The position numbers and the translations under genes are program-made. From the NCBI RefSeq assembly GCF_006345805.1, contig NC_043015.1:21886001-21950000 (forward strand): 64,000 bases of DNA. The letters are read 5' to 3'. Shown here piece after piece: positions 55,744-64,000 of this stretch; the first letter of the stretch is position 1; each line of letters starts with the position of its first letter. This stretch comes from Octopus sinensis (Eukaryota). The notes beneath the pieces are model-generated. The model did not search any database, was not told the DNA's origin, and saw nothing but the letters and a program-made list of their open reading frames with translations.

Positions 55744-55814
55744 ATACACAGAAAAGAAACAAGGAGAGAAACAAGGTGAGAAAAAAATTGCGTTTAGGGG
55801 CTAACGGGTGTGGA

Positions 55815-55853
<39 letters not shown>

Positions 55854-56497
55854 AGAGAGAAATGCTAGTATGTATGTATCTGTGAACTAGTATGAATTAA
55901 TATATTGTTATAAAACCAGTCATTCGATCACCAGACAAAAGTCAATATATTTAGGGAAATACGTATTTTAGGAACATATATGTAGATGAAGTCAGCTACA
56001 CATAGCTAACACCTTTAGATATGAAGCAAGAGAAAACGTTAATAAACGTGAAACCTTTTCAAAGACAAGCCTCAAATAATGCTTTAAAATGAAAATTGAA
56101 AAGAAAAAGAAATACAAAACGTTTCTATTGTGTGACGTGTCGTTGTAAATACTAACTGATTCTAAAATGCTGGGAGACAATTTCCCAAACACTATGACAA
56201 CATCCAAAGAACTATGACAACTTCCAAAGAACTGGTAATTTTTAGGAGACAAGAATTATGAAGTCCATCCACTTCAGTCAATGTTTAGTATTTAGAGATA
56301 CACTGAAGCGGCAGAAATACGTGTTTGTATGAGACACTGAATGACATGCAAGCAGAGAAATTCAGTTACTTCACATGGACGATTATTATAGGTATAACAA
56401 TTTACACACATATATACATATATAGGATTATATATATACATACACATATATATATATATTCATATTTTTATATCAATCTATATATATATATGTCTCA

Positions 56498-56740
<243 letters not shown>

Positions 56741-56835
56741 TATATATAGATATATAGGGAGGGGGAGAGAGAGAGAGAGAATATGGGGGTTCAGTTCACT
56801 GGTGATCTAAACGAAGTGGTACGGTGGGTAATTGC

Positions 56836-57016
56836 TGTTGCGCATTATAAGGGCTCAAAGCTTGTAACTGAAACGGGAGCTATGGAGCCATTTGAGGTTT
56901 CCGATATAGCGGATATGTTTTTGTGAAAGAGGATAACAAACGCTAAAGCATGACAAGCATCTTCATTCACATACATTGTTACTCTTAATTAGTTGAGTTC
57001 TTACAGCGCAACTGTA
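56836..57016. mobile_element. Possible short Tc1-like MITE
   Basis: Imperfect end match GTTGCGC..TAAG..CTCAA. Confidence 0.25.
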
Positions 57017-57038
57017 CATATATGTATGTATGTATATA

Positions 57039-57116
<78 letters not shown>

Positions 57117-57120
<4 letters not shown>

Positions 57121-59182
57121 TAATCCAAACAAGAAAACAAAAAAGACAACAACGCAAGGAGGTGGAACAATTAAAGTATTATTAGGCGCTCAAGAAAAAA
57201 TGGAAGAAGGAGGGTATGACTTTTCGAGCGGAGCTCTTCGTCGGAAACATAGGAGAAAGAAAGATCCCGAGGTGGGAGGACAGAGGGAAAAAAATGCAAG
57301 TGGTCTCACGAGGTCAACATACTGGAAAGGCGGAAGTAGTAAACAAGAGAATGCGGGTTTTCAAAGACAAGAGAGCGGAAAAAGAAGGAAGGTAAACAAA
57401 CAGTGTGCGAGTGTATGCGTGTGTGTGTATGTATCTATATGTTGGGCGAAAGCTGGAGCAACAGCAGTAGCAACGGTGTGCGAGAGGACAAGGGTGTGTA
57501 TGTGAGTGTGTGCGCGCGCGTGTATGTGTGTATAGGTGGGCGAGGGCGAAGGCTAGCAGTGACAGGTCAGAAACACGAAGGAATGTGTGTGTGCTTGTAT
57601 GTGTCTCGTGTGTGTGTTTAGTTGTAGTATGTGTGTGTGCGTGTGCGTTTTTTTGTGTGTATGGCGAGTAACTGTGCTTAACTAAGTGTATGTATGGGTG
57701 TGGGTGTGTGCGTATATGTGCGTATATGTATTAGTGTGTGCATGTATGTATGTGTACGTGCGTATGTGTACGCATGATTTGGTGTGCGTATGTATGTGTG
57801 TGTCTGTGCTTATATGTGTGTATGTATGTGTATGTGTGCGTGCTCATGGAGGTATATGTTGTGTGTATGTATGTGTCGGTGTGTATGTGAGTTCGTGTGT
57901 GTTTGTACGTGTGTAAGTGTGTGTGCGTGTATTGTATATATATATATGTAAATGTGTGTGTGTGAGTGCGTGGGAATGAATGTATGTATGTATGTGCGTG
58001 TGTGTACAAAATGTAGGGGTATTATATGTGTGTTTATATGTTTAGGTGTGTGTATATATATGCATGCAAGGAAACATTTCACAACTGAGGGAATGATGGA
58101 GAAATATTCCAGCGGTGACAGACGTTAGAGAAACCCAAGCACAACGCGCCGGCCCCAGACACGAAACCGAGATATAGCCAGAACCCACAGGCGTGCGTGC
58201 GTGCATGTATGTAAGAGGAGGGGGTTGTGAACAGTCCGTGTGGGGTAGTGGTTTGTAGGGTGAAGATGTAGCGTTGCTCCAACTGGAGCCTAGATAGTGG
58301 ACGACCGTTGTGTGGGGCGAGACCAAACACTGAGATGTCATCGAGGGAATGGCTGGCCGAGCGGAAGTGGCGTGTGACGGGAGAAAAAGTTTGTAGGCGA
58401 ACGTCCCTCAGATGTTCGGTGAATCGGTCTGACAAACGGCGTCCCGTCTGTCCTACATACAGCATTCCGCAGCGGTTGCATTTAATACAGTATATGAGGC
58501 CAGACGAGGTGCACGTAAAAGAATGTCTGATACTTACAGTTCGCTGGTTGGAGCCTGTGACAGCAGTGGTGTTGGTGATGAAGGGGCAGGTGTTGCAGCG
58601 GGATCTAGAGCACGGGAATGATCCTTGTGGGGCTGAGGGGGAAGGAGAGAGGGTGCTATGGACCAGGAGGTCGCGTAGATTCCGGGCTCGTTTGAAGGAG
58701 GACAAGGGTGGGTTGGGGGAAATGGGGCGGGTCGTGGGATCTAGCTGGAGGCGACGGACGGCACGTAGTATCTTCCGACGAAGGGGTAGAGTAGAGGGGT
58801 GTAAAAGGAGGGGAATGGGGGTGCGTTGGGGGGGGAGGAAGGAGACAGGGCGGTGGTGCGGTCGATGCGACGGGCGCGGACGAGGGCATTTGAGATTACT
58901 GTAGGTGGGTATCCTCGGAGTCTGAACAGGCGGGCCAGGTATTGAGATTGGGTCTCGAAATCCTGGTCGCGGCTGCATAAGCGTCGGAGGCGGAGGAACT
59001 GGGAGTAGGGGATGGCCCGTTTGGTGTGGAATGGGTGGGAGGAGGAGAAGTTGAGATAGAAGTGGGAATCCGTGGGTTTAAAGAAGGCGGTGGTGGTGAG
59101 AGAGTGGGAGGGGTGGTCGATGCGTAGAGATGTCAAGGAAGTTCACAGAGGTGTTGGAGATGGTTGAGGTGAATTGTAGAGA

Positions 59183-59184
<2 letters not shown>
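57117..59184 (-). mobile_element. 5'-truncated Penelope-like element (Neptune-like) in (TA)n
   Basis: RT thumb, GIY-YIG, CA-rich 3' UTR, hammerhead-like motif at 57215-57248; (TA)n at both ends. Confidence 0.88.
58079..59184 (-). pseudogene. PLE RT C-terminus plus GIY-YIG endonuclease, frameshifted
   Basis: VNFLDI, KPTDSHFYL..SSHP..IPYSQFLRLRRLC, RGYP, C.RSRCNTC, LIYCIKCNRCGMLYVGQTGRRLSDRFTEH, LEQRYIFTL. Confidence 0.9.
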
Positions 59185-59231
<47 letters not shown>

Positions 59232-59994
59232 CATACACATACATGCATATATATACACATATCTACATAAACACATGCACTCATAGAATTGCGCATATAT
59301 ATATTTATGATTTCATACAGGCCTAGGTGAGGGATTGATAACTGTTAAAATGAAAAATTAATTTTATTACTAATGAGCTTACAACTGTTTTCTGAAATGC
59401 AGGATAGCGTTGTGTTTGAATCCTTGCAGTTATTCTGGGATGTTTCCTGTAGTATCTCTTTGAAGAGAAAAATAAATTAATCTTCATTTTCAGGGATTAA
59501 AGAGCCTTTTCGAGATTATTTCCTCTGCGGATAATTAACCCATTTTATGTTGATGCAAAATTCGAAAATTCTAGCTTCAATTTGAAATGAAAGGAAAAGA
59601 CGATGAAAACAAAAAACAATGTTGATGAGTGTTATGTAACCTGAATTGGGTTAAGTTTCAATATTTTATTTTATTTTAGTTCATCTAGTTTCAGCTCACG
59701 AGCTGTGGCCATGCTGGGGCACCGCCATTTGAAAGAATTATTTAACTTTTGGCTGCCTGAGTAAATTGAGTCTAAGATATCGCATTGAAAATTACTGAGA
59801 TATTTAATGGCGTTTTCCATTGTTTTTAGTATTTAGCTCAGCTATTCTGTGTAATGTCAAAATGCAGACACATGATTAGCAGAGAATATATTCTATGCGC
59901 AAAGTTATTTTTTACTGAACTTGAACTTCGTATCATTATATGAACAGAGCAATAAATTATCACATAAACAAACAGATAATCTAATACTAATTCA

Positions 59995-60187
59995 AAATTC
60001 TGAGAGAAGGCCAGCAATTTCGAGAGCGGGGTTAAGTCGAATACATCAACAGCAGTGCGGGACTGGAATGTACATTATAGACTTCGAAAGGCTGGAAAGC
60101 AAAGTGGATCTCAGGGGAATATGAAATCAGAACATAAAGACGGACAAAATTCCGCTAGCTAATTTGTCCGGCGTGTTTATGGTTCCG
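59995..60187 (-). mobile_element. Family B SINE, degenerate
   Basis: AAGTCGAATACATC..GAAAGCAAAGTGGATCTC..AAAGACGGAC..CCGGCGTG. Confidence 0.65.
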
Positions 60188-60789
60188 CCTTGATATATTT
60201 TCATATTGATATTTGTAGATGTATTTAAAGGTGTTTTTGGATGGAGTAATGAGATAACTAATTGGTTGTGGGCATATGATGTCAGAATCTTGAGTAAGCA
60301 AGTCTTACTAGACAAGGAATTGCGAAATGTTTTTATATGTGTACGATTCAGAAGCTGAACGAAGTATCTGACCTTCGTTAAATACGTATTCGAACGCCAT
60401 CATTTCACGCTACCTAACTCTATCTATTTTCCCCTTTCTTTCTCTAATTTTCTGTTTCTCTTTCTTTTATTACTTTTTCTTCTTTACCCCTTTTTTCATT
60501 CTCCCCCACTTTTATTTATTGAGTTTCTCCTTTTCTTTCTTTCACCTATAGCAACTAACTTGTATAAGCATACACCAGGAGATTGTGTGCGTGTACGTGT
60601 GTGCGTGCGTGCATATATATGTATTTGTATATATTTATGTCTTGCCTATATATGTCTGTGTATGTATGTAGCCATGTACCTGCATCTGTATGTTTAGTGT
60701 ATATACGTATATGATAGATTGTTTGGTATGTGTATATATTGCTAAAGGTATATGTAATCTAGAATGAATATTTTTTAACGGATATATCT

Positions 60790-61366
60790 TTTAATTTATA
60801 AATTCATTATTAGTTTTACTGCTAATTATTTACCCTGGGTATTGAGGCCTTTTCCGTCTTCATAAAATATCTTTGAGTTAAGGTTTTCTTCGATTTTTAT
60901 AATAATACCATTTTAAACCGCAATTTGTTATTTCATGCAACTGGTTATTGAAAAGACAGTTAGATGAAAGGACGAATGAATCAAAACCATTCTGTCTATC
61001 AAAATAATTGAATTTCTGCATATAACTTTATAGTGCTCCATTCTAAACAAAACTCTCCGACGAGCGGGAACGTGAAACTCTGAGTAACAGTTTTTGTGAT
61101 ATATTTCCTGTTTTTTAATGAAGCATATTACTCTACCTCTGGTATTCGAGAACTATTTTTCCACCTTGTTTCACCTTCATGTTCTTACTCTACTGACATG
61201 ATCTAAGATTTTGTGTGTGCTGAATCACAAACAATTGCAGATTATAAGCCATTTAATAACACACAAATTACCGTTAGCTTCACTTCAGTATTTAAATTTA
61301 ACTTGTCTCAAAATATTTTCGTCGCTTTCAAACCGCTACCTGTTCACTGACAAAACTTCGTGTTTC
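60790..61366 (+). mobile_element. Hammerhead-bearing non-coding element (PLE pLTR-like); 5' boundary uncertain
   Basis: Hammerhead at 61049-61094; 3' end abuts (TA)n. Confidence 0.55.
61049..61094 (+). ncRNA. Minimal type I hammerhead motif
   Basis: AAAACTCT CCGACGA GCG GGAA CGT GAAACTC T GAGT A ACAGTTTT. Confidence 0.7.
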
Positions 61367-61378
61367 ATATATATATAT

Positions 61379-61452
<74 letters not shown>

Positions 61453-61455
61453 TAT

Positions 61456-62146
61456 TGATAGAAATGGCAAGACAACAAAAGAACGAGACAACGATATTAT
61501 GTAAATAGAGGAATTTATCTGTAAATATAATACGTGACAATTATTCGGTAGCCATGTTAAACCTCCGAGTTTCGGATGTCGGGGTGGAAACCCACGCCGG
61601 CATATTTTCAGTTATCGGGCCATCGGAAAGTATGCAATGAAATTGACCGTTAAAACAAAAGGTAATTACTGTGTGATCGACCGTTATTAAGACAAAAGAG
61701 CTATTTGAATGACCTTTAAGGGGAGGGGGTAAAGGTAAAGAAGTAAAAATGTTCATAGTAATACATACACATGCGCGCCAACACACCAACGTACATGCGC
61801 CTATATGTATATACTCATCCACCGTCACTTGAAACACACACATACTCGGCCACACACTCGCATGTGTATGTATTGATATGCGCGCTAACGCGATCACTAT
61901 GAGTATTTTTACTCCTTTCCATTTACACCCTCCCCTTATTTAGCGGTCATTTTAATAGAGCTTTTGTCTTAATAACGGTCACTCACATAGTAATTTCCCT
62001 TTGTTTTAACGGTCATTTTCAGAGCATTTTGTTCGATGGCCCGATAACTGAAGAGAGGCCGGCGTGGACTTCCGCCCTGACATCCGAAACTCGGAGTTTT
62101 AACATGGCTGCCGAATAATTGTCGCATATTATATTTACAGATAAAT
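61456..62146. mobile_element. Asymmetric inverted-repeat element, diverged relative of 51116-52296
   Basis: Arms 61513-61761 and 61896-62146, unique 61456-61512 extension; hammerhead-like motifs at 62043-62103 (plus) and 61556-61616 (minus, damaged). Confidence 0.85.
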
Positions 62147-62191
62147 ATATATATATATGTGAGTGTGTGTGTGTGTGTATGTAGTATATAT

Positions 62192-62233
<42 letters not shown>

Positions 62234-62395
62234 ATAGGTGAGAGAGTTGGTGTGTGAAAACACGTCGTTGGATGTATAAAAAATAAAAAGAGTGAAAAAA
62301 CTACAGAAGGCTTGTGTTATAAGGTTAAAGAATATATTTCAGTCCTTGTTAGAAAACTGTTATAAAATTTTGTGTATAGTAACATAGGTTTTGGA

Positions 62396-62432
62396 GGAAT
62401 AACCGGTTTCGTATATTCTTTTCAAATTTCTC
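62396..62432 (-). ncRNA. Minimal hammerhead, U3-A8 variant (left pLTR)
   Basis: GAGAAAT TTGAAAA G AATATA C GAAAC CG GTT ATTCCTC. Confidence 0.6.
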
Positions 62433-63299
62433 AAATTTCTTTACCTCCATCGTGTCATATCTTCGTTATGAAGTGAAGATTTGCAGGCAGGTGAAGGTAA
62501 TCAGGGATTTCTTCCGGTATAAGGGAGATAATCGCTTTATATATTTTTTCTTTTTTTCAATGACATGAATTTCCTTGTATAAAAATATTAGAATGGTTAA
62601 CTTTTGGTTTATATTTTTCAATGAAGAATGTTTCCTTGTCTAATCTAATTTGTGTTGGTATATCAATAGCACATTGATATAATGCAACGATTAAAAACTG
62701 TGGCAGTATTTCCTTTGCGCATTTCTCAATATGTTCACTAAAGGGTAACATTCTGTATTCTGCGGCTGAGCGATAATCCCGTGCACCCACGTAGTTTTGG
62801 TGGCAGCACGAGCATCTTATGACATAAATTATGTTTTCTGAAGCACAAGTAAAATTAGATTTGATCTTGAATGTTTGTCCCTCTGTGAAGAAGAATACTG
62901 ATCCTTTTAGAACGCTTGGGCATGTTGCGCAGTTTGGTCTACAACATTTTTTTTACATTTTGCATCCGTAATTTCAGAAAACAATTTTACATTTGTGAGG
63001 ATATTTTTTAGTGATATAGGTTGTTTGTAGCTTTTAATGATTTTATGCATGTTTAGAATTTCCTTTAATTTGGGGTCATAATGAAGCATTGGTAAATTCT
63101 AGGTGATGATGGTGAAGGCTTCTTTGTTTCTGGGGTTGTATGTGGATATGTAAGGCAGTACTTTCCGGGAAGGTGTGTTGCTGTGTTGAACTTTTCTTAA
63201 AGATTCTATGTCGATTTCTGTTGCACGTCTGGAACTTCCCCTGCCTGGAACTCTTCACTTCATAAGGAAGATATGACACGGTGTATGTAAAGAAATTTC

Positions 63300-63336
63300 A
63301 GAAATTTGAAAAGAATATACGAAACCGGTTATTTCT
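63300..63336 (+). ncRNA. Minimal hammerhead, U3-A8 variant (right pLTR)
   Basis: AGAAAT TTGAAAA G AATATA C GAAAC CG GTT ATTTCT; perfect 6 bp stem I. Confidence 0.65.
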
Positions 63337-63459
63337 CCAAAACCTATCTTACTATACACAAAATTTTCTAACATTTTTCTAACATAACGACTTAAATATA
63401 TTCTTTAACCTTATAACACAAACCTTCTGTAGTTTTTTCACTCCTTTTTATCTTATATA

Positions 63460-63535
<76 letters not shown>

Positions 63536-63604
63536 CATGTATGTATGGATGTATGTATGTATGTATGTATGTGTGTATGTATGTATGTATATGTATTTCG
63601 TGGA

Positions 63605-63980
63605 GGTGCAATGGCCCAGTAGATAGGGCAGCGGACTCACGGTCGTAGGATCGCGATTTCGATTCCCAGATCAGGCGTTGTGAGTGATTATTGTGCAAAA
63701 GCACCTACAGCTCCACGAGGCTCCGGCAGGGGTGGTGGCGAACTCTGCTGTACTCTTTCACCACAACTTTCTCTCACTCTTTCTTCCTGTTTCTGTTGTA
63801 CGTCTATTTCAAAGGACCAGCCTTGTCACACTCTGCGTCACGCTGGATTCCTCCGAGAACTACGTTAAGGGTGCACGTGTTTGTGGAGTGCTCAGCCACT
63901 TGCACGTTAATTTCACGGGCAGGTTGTCTCGTTGATCGGTTCAACTGGAACCCTCGTCGTCCCCACCGACAGAGTACCAC
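63605..63980 (+). mobile_element. Near-full-length family C SINE
   Basis: GGTGCAATGGCCCAGT A box; TTTCGATTCCC B box; body shared with 12025. Confidence 0.92.
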
Positions 63981-64000
63981 GATGTGTGTATGTATATATA

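Larger units (their letters stand above)
62237..63454 (-). mobile_element. PLE 3' fragment (GIY-YIG) bracketed by inverted pseudo-LTRs
   Basis: Minus-strand YISTYNP, KQPISLKNILT, C.PNCATCP, NIIYVIRCSCCHQNYVG, ETFFIEKYKPKVN; arms 62283-62496 and 63234-63454. Confidence 0.88.

Noticed and set aside
56040-56100. Strong minus-strand splice acceptor
   Set aside because: No clear donor or recognisable peptide.
58085-58110. Plus-strand CTGAGGG..GAAATATT
   Set aside because: Antisense to the PLE, no stem II and no stem I.
63605-63680. tRNA-like sequences at SINE heads
   Set aside because: They continue into SINE bodies and lack a full cloverleaf, so they are not tRNA genes.

Overview
AT-rich, microsatellite-dense eukaryotic DNA. 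The SINE families suggest an Octopus-type cephalopod; this is recognition from memory, not a search. I find no intact host gene: only one candidate exon (38460-38543) and weak GPCR-like and BTB-like relics. The window is a transposon graveyard. It holds four R4/Dong-clade LINE fragments in (AAT)n, a Tx1-type L1 in (TATC)n, an RTE LINE, a CR1-like fragment, two mariners plus a mariner MITE, a non-autonomous Helitron, three tRNA-derived SINE families and three Penelope-like (PLE) RT/GIY-YIG relics. The main signal is a set of non-coding elements in (TA)n that look like MITEs or foldbacks but carry minimal type I hammerhead ribozyme (HHR) motifs with palindromic stem III. Their arms point sense-outward, and one arm is usually 3'-shortened at an ATA/TAT microhomology. 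One element (34323-36497) is a tandem-plus-inverted array of a ~556 bp unit with one HHR per unit and permuted ends, resembling a retrozyme/circular RNA element. Several HHR cores are non-canonical, including an apparent U3-A8 covariant. All alignments, translations and folds were done by eye, and ribozyme activity is untested.
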